From: Stegostoma tigrinum | Lineage: Eukaryota | Length of the DNA stretch: 64,000 nt | Direction: 5' to 3' | NCBI RefSeq assembly: GCF_030684315.1 | Contig: NC_081396.1 | Span: 5,766,001-5,830,000 of the forward strand | Part shown: positions 24,086 to 37,067 of the stretch, piece by piece | Layout: every line of letters starts with the position of its first letter | Numbering within the stretch: position 1 is the first letter of the stretch | Made by a program: the position numbers and the translations under genes | Notes under the pieces: model-generated | Databases searched by the model: none | Seen by the model: only the letters and a program-made list of their open reading frames with translations | What the model was told of the DNA's origin: nothing

Positions 24086-25549
24086 TCTCTGTATCAGTCC
24101 TTGTTCCCTTCTCTAGCAATTGCAATTTAATTCCCGGTGTAAGTACGTCCCCTGCTCAGTCACTGATGCTCCAGAAAATGTTTGTCATATTTGTCTAATT
24201 CCATAAATGTATTGCCTTCCCTTTCATGATTCGGCAGAATTTTTCCAACATACAACGTTCTGATTTTAAGGGACTTCAACTCGCCTCCAGTGCATACATT
24301 ACATTTATTCGAGACTATTTTTGTCATACCAAATAGTGGTACATTAATCACAATTTCATTGTAATGAAAGGCAAGCTGTTCTTGAATTTTGTATCTGGTA
24401 TATTTATCGAAATTTTTTCGATTAGACACTGAACAGCGAATTGTGTTGAATGAATTTGCATGAATGTTAAACTGAAATATTGTCACAGATTAGGCTGCAT
24501 TGCAATTCAGTAAAATGCAAACGAGGATTTTAATCCACTGTTGGATTAATTGTTTATCATCGTTGTAAAATGCCTACTTTTCATGGATCTCATTGCAATA
24601 TTTGAATATGCTTTACTGTGTGACAGTATCTTATGAGATGGTTTGTCATGTAAACGTACATTCAGTGATCACATGAGTCTACAGTGCGTTCCATGTTCGG
24701 ATATAACAGAGTTCACAATAGATAGCACCATTATTAATGTAGTCTTTGAAATTATTTAGAGTTTAGTCTGAAGATGCAAGGCGTTTAAGCCGTTGTTAAT
24801 TTGCTTCTCTGCTGCACAGTTTCACAATTTTGGACATTTGTATTTTAAATAAAAGCCAGTGAAGACACACTTAGCCTAGAGCCACATCTCTGCACGTATA
24901 AAACACTGGAGCAATTTAGAAAATCAATTCAGTCCGAGGAATAAGAAATATTGTCAACATGTTTGATCAACGGAGCGCCTGAAAGGAGGTGACAGGAGCG
25001 GAGCAGCTGAAGTCATAATTCCAACGATTAGGGCTTTACTCATTAAATCTGGTTGGAAGTGCCGATGTGAGGGATATGAGGGAAACAGAACAGAAGTTAA
25101 CATAAGGTTTCAGACAGTTGTTTGATTTTACTGGAATGGTTGCAGATAGGCGCTGGAGCTTCTGCAATTGAGAAACATGAGATAGCAAAGTTTGGTACAT
25201 CACTGGTGAGGAGCCAATTTTTGTCACCGTGTTATGGTTTGAAGGATGGTTGGTGCTTGGCATAAGTCACTTCTTGGGCATCACAATATTCCATTTACCC
25301 TGAATTGACCAAGTTGTTATTGGCATTTACTTGGTGTCCAGAGAATATCTGTTCCCGGGTCTGATCGCATGAACAGATGTGTCATAAAGTAGTGTTATGC
25401 TGCACCAAATGTGCGACATTTGTCAATAGATCCAAATTATGCGGAGACTCGAAAGGGCAATGTAGTTGTTGAAGATTGTAAAAGTTTCCAGGAGAGAACT
25501 GCCGGTGTTTGGAGTGAGCTCACTGATATCTGTCTCTGTTGATAACGCA

Positions 25550-26450
25550 CTGTGAACTTGTTACCGCTTCTCATCCAACATGATGACGGTCCGGTCTCTC
25601 CCGTTGCATCACTTACCATCTGGTGGCGATCACAGAAAGTGATTTCCTTGTCATCACAAGCATCTTTGTCACCACAGTCATCGTCAACCGAATCAGCTGC
25701 AACATCACCCAGGAAAGTGTCTTGCCCACCACTCCTGCGTGCACTCTCGGCGGCTTGATGGTCTATTCCACCATTGATTCCGTTGTCTGGCTGACAGTCG
25801 CCCTTGCCATTGACTGTTTGATGGTCATCTGCCACCAGAAGCTGGAAGCCAGGCACTGCACCAAGAAAACTGCATCACTGATCACTGGACTGATCTGCAC
25901 CTTGAGCCATATCAAGAACATTCCTTTACTAGTTTGCATTTCAGTCATTTTTTTCATTTTGGACGAGGTTCCCTGGTTTTGCAGTTTCTACGACAATTTC
26001 TACACCTGGCCAGCTAGTCAGGCTTATGGTTGTTTCTTTCACATCATTACTCCTTTTCTCTCGTTTTTCCTCTTCCTGCTGCGCGACTTCGTGTCAAGGA
26101 GACCCATCCAGCAGCGAGCAGAACACTGAGGAGGCTCTGGGGCGCTGGAAAGAGATGACACGCAGGAATGGCCAACCACAAGAGATCCATTGCCCTGCTG
26201 TATGTCATCTCGCTAAACTTCCACATCCTGTGGTTTCTCCTTGTCAGACATTTTATTTACGTGTTATTTAAAGATAATTGTTACTTCAGTGGGGACAATT
26301 TCAGTGACCCTCACTAGATCCTCCAAGAGACACCCAAAATAATTTGTCGACTTCATTCCTGCAACAACGTCTTCAACTATGTGGTGTCTCAAGGGAAGCT
26401 GGAGAAAGTTCTGATGTATCCCGTCGCCACTCTCACCACTTTCTTGAAAT
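25550..26450 (+). pseudogene. GPR139-like GPCR pseudogene (paralog of 31390-32852)
   Basis: SDFLVIT, SVVWLTVALAIDC, ARHCTKKTAS, SCNNVFNY align with the intact paralog; frameshifts and stops. Confidence 0.85.
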
Positions 26451-27539
26451 GATGTGGGGTTGGAAAATCCCCTCAGATTGCTTTTTTCTTCCCAACACAC
26501 AGTGAGCCAGTGTTCACTTCTCCCATGTACTTATGATTCAGCAATCTTATTTTTTAAAATGCTCCAGTCGTAAAGGGGGAGAGAGCGCAATCTTCTGCTT
26601 TACTGATACTGAGGGAATGCAGATCTATTGGAAATGCTTGACTGCCAGATTAAAGGTGAGCTCGGGATTACAGTCCACCTTCCCTGTTTTGAATCCCCTC
26701 CTGTCTCATTCTGCTAGCATTTGTTGATTCATTTCTTTCCCTCCTGATTATTTTTTTCCTACTTTTTTCCCTCATCCATTCCCATTGTTTACTAATTCCA
26801 TTCCTTCCAGATTTGTTTCACTTTTGTCTCCATTCTTGACGTTCTTTCATTTGTCAGGGCTATCATTTCGATCCATCACACTCTCTATTTCACCAAGTCT
26901 TCGATGAAACATGCTGCAAAAGAAGACCTACTGTTTGAGTGACGTTTCTTTCATTACAGCTGTCCAACGTGAGGATCAAAGCAGGCAGGTAGATCGGGTA
27001 GCATCAATAGAAGGTGACCGGGTTGAACTGGACTGACAGCTCTCCCTTCGTACTCCAGACACAGTAGCCTGGTACAGACAAACACTGACAGGGGCTCTGA
27101 CATTGATCGGGTCCATGAACCAGGGCAATGAGTCAATAGACCGCCACACGCTGACCATTCACAGATCGAATACGTCCAACGTCATCTGTATAGATGGAAC
27201 CGCAATCTGGATGACACAATGATCTAATGTGCAAAGCAGGCACAGTGAGACAAAGTGTGAAACCCGTTGTGCTATAACTTGGCAGTGCTAGGTCTCTGCT
27301 GGCCCATTTCACATTTACCAGAAGGTAAGTATTACAAATAATAGGGATATTGCAAAATCTCGCTTTCTGTTCCTGAAGCATCCAACGGGATGATGCTACA
27401 AAACCTTGTTACCCCAGACAAAGTGTATGAAGTATCTTACATTTAAGATAAACTGATGGACACAAAGATGTCTTTACCTATAGCATGTCACGACAGAGGG
27501 ATATGCGACATAAGTAGTAGAAAGATTGAATTATAGAAG

Positions 27540-27830
27540 CCCTACAGTGTGGAAACAGGGATTCAGCCCAACAAGTCCATGCCACCCCTCGAAAGAGCAT
27601 CCCACCCTGACCCATTGCCCCACGTCGACATTTCCCTTGTCTAACCCACTAACCTAAACGCCCCTGGGCGACATGGGCAATTTAGCATGGCAAATCTACG
27701 CAACCTGCACAACTTTGGACGGTGGAAGGAAACCGGAGAATGCAGAGAAAACATATGCAGAAAGGGGGAGAATGTGCAAACTCACACAGAGAGTCACCGA
27801 GGCCGAAATTGGGCCCTCATCACTGACACT
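27540..27830 (-). mobile_element. V-SINE (HE1-like); other copies at ~2110-2380, 38910-39190, 43290-43800, 53680-53965
   Basis: Conserved core tgtgtggagtttgcacattctccc...tccggtttcctcccac. Confidence 0.75.
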
Positions 27831-29699
27831 GTCAGTCAGTTCACCAATCACGCTGCTCAATACATCTCTCCACGTTTAAGCATGAAAGCACAGAAGCAAT
27901 GTTTAAAGTATCTGCGAATGGTGAGAAAGGCTCCACCACTCTCATTGTTAACACAGTCCAGCTGTCAGATGCTTCGGTGTGGTACAGTGGGGTGAACCAC
28001 AATGAAACAAGAGTGTGAGGCTGCGCAAGAACTTATTCATTCCGAGGATTCAGGAGACGACAAGACAGCAACTGCAGATTCTAATTCAAGGCAAGGAGAA
28101 CATTTCAATATGTAACTAAAATGCGTAAAATATGTGCAATTTAAAGAATTACAATATTTCACAACAGCGAGTTTTGTTCCCACAATTGTGTACATAATGA
28201 GCCCTACCCAAAACAAAATATCCCTGTACTTGACCAGAGCTGTCATTTTCTGTGAAGCTTTGATCACAAAGTTATCCTCGAACTTATCATGTAACTGTTT
28301 CCTGTTTCATATTCTGCATCTATTATTCCTGCGACAGCACAGGGAAAGATGCATTTTGCTCTCAAACAATGCAACTGCAAATGAGCAATTGAAAAAGGAT
28401 ATTTATTTTGTTTCACTCTTCTACTGAACAAAGCAGTTTCTGATCATACAGAGATGGAGATTTTCCCAGCGCCTAATCAATGATTAAACCATTTCAGCCA
28501 CAAACATTGACACAGTATTGTGTCTCTTTAACACTATTATTCAATTAACATGATGGCTGTGTAATGCGAAAAAATGATGTGGTCTCGTTTGCAAGAACTG
28601 TGGATACTCGGATTTTTGCATAAGCAGAAAAAGGAATTAATGCAACAATACTTGAGACATCGTTAATTTTTAAAGATACATAGTTTTATGTAGCATACCA
28701 CTGACTGCTGTCTATGGAATTGGAAGGACACAAAATCGTCAGATGAATACAGGTACAATTACAACGTTGCAAAGACATTTCGGTACGTTTTTGCAGAGGT
28801 AAGGCTTGGATGGATATGTGTCAAATGCAGGCAGGTGGGGCAAGTTTAGTTTGAGAACATGCTCAGTGTGGAAGTTCTGGACTGAGGGGGACTGCATCCA
28901 TGCTGTGTGACTCAAAGGCTCTGTCAATAGAAATTGAGATCGAACCTCGATAATAATCAAGAAGGACAGGCATGTACAATCATGCCAAAGAACAATATAC
29001 CCTGAAGAACAACAGCAATATTTGCACAGTATGACGTTAATGCAACGGTCAAGGAGGTAGGGATCATTAAAACCTTATTCGGCTCCTTGAAGAATACAAT
29101 CGAGGCAAAGACAGATGTGCAACATGCGAGGTAGTGGGCTGGATTATTCAGATTTGTTCAAATTAGAGTTTGTTGAAACACCAGCACAGACCAAAGCTAA
29201 ATTGATATTACGGGGATTCGTGAAACAATTGTCAGGCCTTACTAACACTCGCACAACCATGCCTACAAATCAAGGATGCAGGCACATTTTCAATAATAAT
29301 GGGGACCGAGTACAACAATCATAGAATTAGTGCTGTCTGAAATGCACTTCGTGCAAGCAACTGGTAGCATATCATCAGAGTCAGTTAAAATGCAAGCAAA
29401 CGCAGAATAACCTAGATAAATTTCAGAGACTAGTCAATGCTTAATAATACTCAAGGCGAGGTGAAAAGCCAACACAGGCAGAGTCTGGAGATTTTGTGCA
29501 ATGAAATCAGGGCTTGTCTCAACATTAACAAGGGCCCACATTTCATTGCCAAGTTACATTACATCAATTTTGGAGAAAAATGAGTCCAAAACGATTGATT
29601 TTTTTCTTTCAGATTATTCCAGTCTACATTATGAACCAGCCAAATGGAGACAAATTGCTAAAAATGTGAAATTTGCACTTATTTTTGCACAGACGTGAA

Positions 29700-30900
29700 G
29701 AAATCGTTCACGATGCTTCATCTGGTGCGCATGAGGTAGGTGCAGAGAACTTCCCGATAATCAAAATTGGAGGAGTCCAGAAAATCAGTGCTGAAAGCAA
29801 GTTTCAAATCATTGCACCCAACTTTACCCAGGAGTGCAAAATGGCCAATCTGTGCGGCCTCTTGCTGAGGTCCCAGCATTACATCAAGGCTGTGTACCTT
29901 GAATCTTGTATTCACTTCACCCTGAAATGAAGACCAAGTTTTCATTTGCAGACCTCATTGCATTCTTCACCAGAGTCCGAACTAGTAGTGAGTCATGAAG
30001 TAAGAGCCCCAGATCCCTTTAAACGCCTGTACTTCCCATAATTCACAACGTGAGAAACATTCTACCTGGTGTGTTACCTACTAATGTGGATAAAGTCAAA
30101 ATAATATATTATGTACTATCTGCCGGGTTCATTCCAATACAGGTAGTTTGTCTCGACCCCATTTCAGCCTCCCTGTGGCTGCCAGGAATGACATTACCAC
30201 CCAGTTTTATGACAGCAATAAAATTAGAAATCTTGTGATTGCTTCCCACATACAATCATGACATAAAATGTCAAACTCTGCTGCCCAATGAAGATGTTTG
30301 TTGCGCTCCCACTGCTATTGGTGGTCCAACCTCAAATTAGTCAATTTATTTCTACTGTTTGATTTCTCCGCATTAATTCATGGCAATATAGAAACATCAA
30401 TCTCGCATTCTCCAATTTTATTTCCTGAATTCCTTGTGGGATGTTATCCAGAGCTTTCAAAAGTTTGAATAAACCTTTTGGGTACACATTTATTGGCTTT
30501 CCGTATAACTGTCCCAAACAAATTCGTGTGAGTTTGGCCAATCTGTTTTCCCTTTAATAACCCCATATGGACTCAGCACAGTGATGTAAGTATTTTCGAA
30601 GTGCCTACTTATCACTTGTGTTTTTATATGATTTGACATTTTTCCCAATGCTGACACTGAACAGCTCTTAGTCAATTACTTCTTCGCCCGCCAGTCTTAA
30701 ATAGTGGTGTCTTTCTAATCCCCAGATACAATGTCTGGAATTTCTCCAGCTTCCAACGACGACAATCATTGTACTGATGGTCTCTCCAGCCAAATCGTTC
30801 AAGACTGTGGAATGCAGCCCATCTCGGGCAGGGGTCTATCAACCTTTTGTGCAAGACGTATTCTGTTCTCATGTGCCAAAGAATTTATAAGCGCTGCCTC
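29700..30900 (-). mobile_element. Highly degenerate DIRS/Ngaro-like tyrosine-recombinase retrotransposon remnant
   Basis: Collinear remnants: RT (MGC..S..LERF; YGVIKGKTDWP/TRICLG), RNase H (VIPGSHREAEMGSR), YR (FKVHSL...EAAQIG...LAF). Confidence 0.45.
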
Positions 30901-31389
30901 CTCCTCAGACATCATACTATATTGGTAAACCATTATTTCAAACTGTTCCGTTGTAAATATAGATGAATGTTAATATATCAGCATCGTGGAACGAAAACAT
31001 TGACTTAATCTGACAGCTAAAGATATGGAACACTTGGGATAGTCGCAGATAATGCCTGAGGTTTCATTCAGATCAGGCATAAGGCCTCAGCTCCAATTTT
31101 GCCATGGGCACTCTGTTTAATGGAGACATCAAAACATGTGAAAGGGAGCTTCATAATTTCTGCGTAGCTGTTCAGGTCAAATGTGTCCGTAACTTTGCAT
31201 CTTCCCAGCGTTACATAGCAGACATGAAATCGTAATTAATGCTATTTGTTCACTGAACTGAAAATCAGGTACATGTTCCAATTTACTTGTTCCTCTGGAG
31301 ACCCTGATGTTGGATAAATGAGAGACGTTTAACTGTGACTCAGAGCTGAGGTGAGGACTTTCGAGAATTCCATTAGTTCATCACAAGTG

Positions 31390-32852
31390 ATGCATGGCCC
31401 AGCAAATGGCCCGTTCTATGCCATTTACTATCCAACTCTGGCTGTTATTGGTGTCCCTGGTAAGTAACGGGTACCAAATTCCTTTTTTTAAGTACAACAA
31501 AATCTTTCTGTTCCATTTCAGGAATAGCTTTTTTCAATTTTCTGATATTCCCAGCTGAAAGGACCTCAGCCCAGATCACGATATACATATGGGGAATGTA
31601 AAGTTGTACTTAACATTTTTAAGATGCAGCAAGATCATATCCCACCTGTTACACTCAGATTTAATGTAACAATTGTTTATTACATTATTGATTTGTGGAT
31701 TGTAATGGATAGTATTGACTGAATGTGGATCAGATATGCTGCTGAAGATTAAATTTTGTTGCAATGCTGGAAGCTACAAGCTAACGTTTTTGGGGTTATA
31801 TGGAATAATCAGCTATCACTGTGTTCAAACGTTTCATGCATAGATTTCTTGAATACTTCGAAGAAAATTATTGCAGATCTGTAATTACACTAAAGCTTAA
31901 AACTATATGTAATGATTACTCAAACCAGCTCAATAATGGTTTGCAATTTCTCACAGCCAACTTGCTGGCCATCGTTGTACTGTTACGAGGACGGTGTGGA
32001 CTCTCTCGGTGTACTACCTATTATTTGATGGGGATAGCAGTGAGCGATTTTCTGGTTATCATCACTGGGTGCATCCTAAATCGGATTGGTGGCATTTATT
32101 TCCGGCACAGCGCCCTGTCCACAACAAACGCCTGTGCACTCAGCACTGTGATGATCTATGCCAGCCGAGATGGTTCAGTCTGGCTGACAGTGGCCTTCAC
32201 CATCGACCGCTTTGTCGCCATTTGCTGCCAGAGTCTCAAGGCCAGGTACTGCACCGAGAAAACGGCCTCATTGTTCATCGGAGTGGTTTGCGTCCTGAGC
32301 TGCGTCAAGAACCTGCCTTCCTACTTCGTCTACCAGCCCTTGTACGTTGTGGATGGCGTGTCCTGGTTCTGTGAATTCAGAGACGCATACTATAACTCAC
32401 CTGCATGGAAATCCTATGACTGGCTGAATCACATCTTGACGCCTGTTCTCCCATTTCTTCTTATTTTGCTGCTCAATGTCTTGACTGTCAAATACATCTT
32501 AGTGGCCAGCAGTGCTCGGAGGAGGCTCCGGAGCAGGGCGAGCCATGGAGACCCAGAGATGGCCAATCGCAAGCGGTCTATTGTACTGCTCTTCACCATC
32601 TCGCTGAGCTTCCTCCTTCTATGGGTCACCTATGTCGGGCGCTTCCTCTATGTGCGGGTTACTGGTGTAACCTACTTCAGTGGCTTGGATTTCACTCACC
32701 CGCAATTCATTCTCCAAGAGACCACCAACATGCTGCAGATACTCAGTTCGTGCAACAACATCTTCATTTATGCAGTATCCCAGAACAAATTCCGAGACGA
32801 GCTGAAGAAGGTTCTGGTGTCTCCCTTCACAACTCTCACCGGCTGCAAATAA
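31390..32852 (+). CDS. Class A orphan GPCR, GPR139/GPR142-like; exons 31390-31459 and 31957-32852 (321 aa)
   Basis: Exon 1 MHGPANGPFYAIYYPTLAVIGVP with GTAAGT donor; exon 2 ANLLAIVVL, SVWLTVAFTIDRFVAIC, 7 hydrophobic segments, NNIFIY; phases compatible. Confidence 0.9.
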
Positions 32853-33419
32853 TTTTGTCATGTTGTTTTGCTTTCACCAGGATGGATCAGTGTGAAATGC
32901 GTTCTCCTTCTCTCTCACTTAAATTTTTAAAATACTTGCGTGTTTATGCTTTTCCATTCGAGAAATGAACAGTTAGATTGTCAGCCTTGAAATGCGTTGT
33001 TGCTAAAACTAACACAATGTAAAACTACCAGAAGCTGTGCATTTCAGGGTGAGAAGCTAAACCACAGTCTGTGTTCGTGATCAGTATTTTAGATTTCTAA
33101 TGGTCTGGGACATTTCATTTGATATTCAGCTCTTTACGTCCTTCCCTCTCAGTAGCCATTCTTCCGTCAATCCTTTGTTCCATCGCCCTCATTCATGTCT
33201 CAGGACTATTGCATCTATTTCTCTGAATCTGTCACTTTTAACTTCACTTTCATACTGTACTGACGAACAGCCCATTATGACATTGATCTTGGCTGTTTTT
33301 ATTTTTTTGCCTGGATTGTACGATCTGTGCGATCATTCAGTAATGCTCAGATTTAGGTTATATCTTTCACATTAACAGCAGATCCAGATAAAGTCTCACC
33401 ACCACTCCCCCCCTCGGCT

Positions 33420-33422
<3 letters not shown>

Positions 33423-33487
<65 letters not shown>
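33423..33487. repeat. (AC)n microsatellite
   Basis: About 32 AC units. Confidence 0.98.
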
Positions 33488-33488
<1 letters not shown>

Positions 33489-33672
33489 CACGTTGAATAA
33501 CGTGCTCCACCTTCCCTCTACCACAAAATAAATCAAAGTTGATTAAAGTGATTAACGTTAATCGAGCCAAACAGTGAGGATATTTTGCATGTTCTTCAGA
33601 CAAGTAATTACATTTTCCAGTCCGAACAATCGTTTCTCTCTTGTCCCTGCGTGAAGATTCCTAATGGAGAAA

Positions 33673-33690
33673 GTGCACCACCTAGTGGGA
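33673..33690 (-). promoter_or_regulatory. Candidate CTCF-binding site
   Basis: Reverse strand CCACTAGGTGGTGC, one mismatch to CCACTAGGTGGCGC. Confidence 0.45.
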
Positions 33691-34379
33691 GATTCGGAGA
33701 AATGTGGTGAGTCAATTTTCAGTCACTGAAACCTTGATTGACTGGTCTTCATTCTTCAAGGAAAACTATATTCTGATGTGTAGAAACTATTCCTGCTCTA
33801 CTGCAAATTTTGTGGGCATCAACATTGTTATTTACTTATTTTGAATATCACTAAGTCATTAAAACAAATGTTTAATCTATTTTAAAAAACATGAAAAATT
33901 GTGTAATATTTTCTTGGGATTTGAAATGTGACCAACAAGTCTGATGCTTATGATTCAAACTCAAGTAAAGATCGGAATCACGGAGGTTCCAATACTCGTA
34001 AATGTTGAAATTGGAACTGTAAGATTCCCCTCATGACATACTTTTAATTTCGCAATGACAGTCAACTGGGACAGACAGTTATGACGAAGAGTCACCGGGC
34101 TGGATAAGTTGATTCTCATTTGTCCTCACAGCTGCTGCCAGACCTGCAGAGTTTCGTAAGCAATTTGTCTTTTGTTTCAAATCTACAACATCCGTAGGTC
34201 CTTGTTTTATTGCTACTGTATACAGGTAATAAGTGCAAACACAACTAATGATATTCTACGGTAAACTGAAAGATTCTGAACAAAAAGTGCACATTGACAA
34301 AATTCAAGAGTTTTTTGTTTGCACAACTCTACGATTTGACTAAGTGCACGATTTTAGCCATTGCTATGTTGCATCTGGA

Positions 34380-35345
34380 GCACAGTAAAGGTTTTTGTTA
34401 CAACTGACAGACACAGTATTACAGTTGCAGAAAGGATGTTTGGGGACTCGTCAAGTGAGGTAGTGTGGGCTGAGGTTAAAAACAGGAAAGGAGAGGTCAC
34501 CCTGTTGGGAGTTTTCTATAGGCCTCCGAATAGTTCCAGATATGTAGAGGAAAGGGCAGCAAAGATGATTCTCGATAGGAGTGAGAGAGACAGGGTAGTT
34601 GTCATGGGGGACTTCAACTTTCCAAATATTGACTGGGAACACTATAGTTCGAGCACTATACATGGGTCAGTTGTTGCCAGTGTGTGCAGGAGGGCTTCCT
34701 GACACAGTATGTAGATAGGCCAACAAGGGGAGAAGCCACATTAGATTTGGTACTGGGTAATGAGCCCGGCCAGGTATTAGATTTGGAAGTAGGTGAGCAC
34801 TTTGGTGATAGCGATCACAATTCTGTTATGTTTACTTTAGTGATGGAAAGGGATAGGTGTATACCACTGGGCAAGAGTTATAGCTGGGGGAAAGGCAATT
34901 ACGATGAGATGAGGCAAGATTTAGGGAGCATAGGATGGGGAAGGAAACTGCAGGGGATGGGCACATTAGAAATGTGGAGCTTATTCAAATAAAAGCTCCT
35001 GTGTGTCCCAGATAAGTATGTACCTGTCAGGCAGGGAGGAAGCTGTAGAGTGCAGGAGCCGTGGTTTACGAAGGAGGTGGAATCTCTGGTCAAGAGGAAG
35101 AAGAAGGCTTATGTTAGGATGAGATGTGATGGCTCAGTTAGGGCACTTGAGGGCTATGAGGTAACCAGGAAAGACCTAAAGAGAGAGCTCAGAAGAGCCA
35201 GGAGGAGACATGAGCAGGTGTTGGCGGATAGGATCAGGGTAAACCCAAAGGCTTTCTATCGGTATTTAAGGAATAAAAGAATGATGAAAGTAAGATTAGG
35301 CCCAATCAAGGATAGTAGTGGTAAATTGTGTGTGGAGTCAGATGA
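34380..35345 (+). mobile_element. CR1 LINE ORF2 fragment (APE endonuclease region)
   Basis: GVFYRPPNS, MGDFNFP, TLDLVL, SDHN, NPKAFYRY. Confidence 0.9.
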
Positions 35346-36248
35346 GTTTTTATCCATAGATTTCCACACTTTTCAAAGAAAATCTGTCGAAGAGACTGAA
35401 TTAAATTACACACCAAAGGTGCAGACTTCGAGGTAAAGAGATTTCATTCGTGAAACAGGTTTCACTGTATTTGAACACCCAGAGTCAGGAATGTCTCTTT
35501 TGTGACTTACGACCAAACTAGGAATCAGTTTCTCTCAAATGTTGTCAGAGGGAAAAGAGGAACCCACTGGTCTGTGCACAACTTAAATGTCCACATCTGA
35601 ATTGCTGGCAAAGGATGAAAAATGCTTTTGTCTGCGATGAAAAATGTTAATTTCCATTCAGCCAAATAGCAAAAGACTCAATTGACTGAAGCTTTCACTG
35701 GAGGCCCTGACTCATTAAACAGGCACGATAAAATGCTTTTAATTATGTGTGTGAGTTTTTCAGGTATGAGTTACATCCCACTTCCTTACTAGTATTTTCG
35801 AGCAAGTCTGCATTATCTTGGGCCTGCGCATCTCTCACTTGTCAATCTGGAACTGTAACGTGAGGGAAAGGAGCAAGAACCACAACGTGCTTAACAATAA
35901 TCAGTTTGGTCCAGTGTTTTATTTCTCGCATCCTGCTTCACGTCGCTGTCTCTCAAACCCAGTTCCGTCTATTACTGGAGGATTTTGCTTGATCAAAACC
36001 AATTTCTGAATTTTCGATGGGACCTCATTGCTGTAATTTGGAACATCATGAAAGACACAAACTCAATCATTTGTTTCGTAGTCACGAAACTGACGGCACG
36101 AGATTATTTCAACGATAGATTTCTAAGGATGAAAGTTTTGTGTCCGAATTAGAAGTGTGAAACATCACAGTGAATTCGGGAACTACTTCAGATCCATTCC
36201 TATCTCACTGTTTGCCTGATGTAGTATCGTGATCAGTGGCGCCCTCAG

Positions 36249-36287
36249 AGTTTTTGTACAGGGTCAGCTCAGTTCTGAGTGACTGTG
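36249..36287 (-). other. 23-RSS of V copy B
   Basis: CACAGTC + 23 nt + ACAAAAACT on the minus strand. Confidence 0.9.
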
Positions 36288-37067
36288 GGGTTCAGTGCGC
36301 AGAAATACACTGCGGAGTCTGATAGTTCTGTTCTCAACACTCTCAGCTGGATAGTGCGGTTCACATGATCAAAATCCGAGGAAAGCCGGTCATTCAGTAA
36401 GCTCGCTCGATTCTCACTATATCGGTTTTTCTGCAGTAGAAAATGTGTGGAGCCGCTGGAATGTTGACGGTACCAGAACAGGTAAGGGTTGCTGCTTGTT
36501 GTAGTGTAATTACAGAACAACAGGACATCATCACCCTCATTCACTGAAATTGCAGCCGCTGTTTGTGAGACAGAATCTCCACGACAAAGTCCTGTAAGAG
36601 TGGAGAGAATAACAAGCTTCAACATTCTATCGCTCAGAATCAGTCTGTTACCCTTCATCAATAACATGAGAAATGAATCAGGGAAGTTGAACGACAATCC
36701 GTTATGAGGAGGTCATTTCCTGAAACTTAAAGGGAAAGCTGAAAACAGTTGGTGGATTTTAAACTCTCCCCTCGGTTGAATCACCTTTTTGTCCTCAGTC
36801 CTGACTGAATGTCCACCCTAACTCTTCCACTCTCATTCACTCAGGTACGTTTGCTGATTTCTCCCAAACTCTGCTCACTGTTGTTGCATGTTTATATCCA
36901 GTTGGGTTTTATTTGAGGAGAATGTATCGCGGCCTCCATGTTGCCCGAACTGCTGGAGGAAATGGAATTCACAGCAAAGCGCTGAAGCATAGAAAGAGAC
37001 AACATTTCAACCTACCCATGAGAAGAGCTGCTACTGTGAGAAGGAAACACAGAGCTCCAGGCGACAT
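36288..37067 (-). CDS. TCR alpha/delta-type V segment, copy B (leader 37016-37067; V exon 36288-36591), apparently functional
   Basis: MSPGALCFLLTVAALLMG-LCRG-DSVSQ...LFCNYTTTSSNPYLFWYRQ...LSDSAVYFCALNP; canonical C, W, C; GT/AG phase 1; 23-RSS. Confidence 0.93.

Noticed and set aside
27241-27330. Isolated CACAGTG and a nearby AG/GTAAGT donor as a possible D or J segment
   Set aside because: No nonamer at 12 or 23 nt and no J motif
31821-31956. N-terminal extension of the 343-aa GPCR ORF
   Set aside because: Intronic read-through; a proper exon 1 with TM1 start and splice donor exists at 31390-31459
36228-36248. CTCF-like GTGGCGCC next to the V RSS
   Set aside because: The 5' half of the motif does not match
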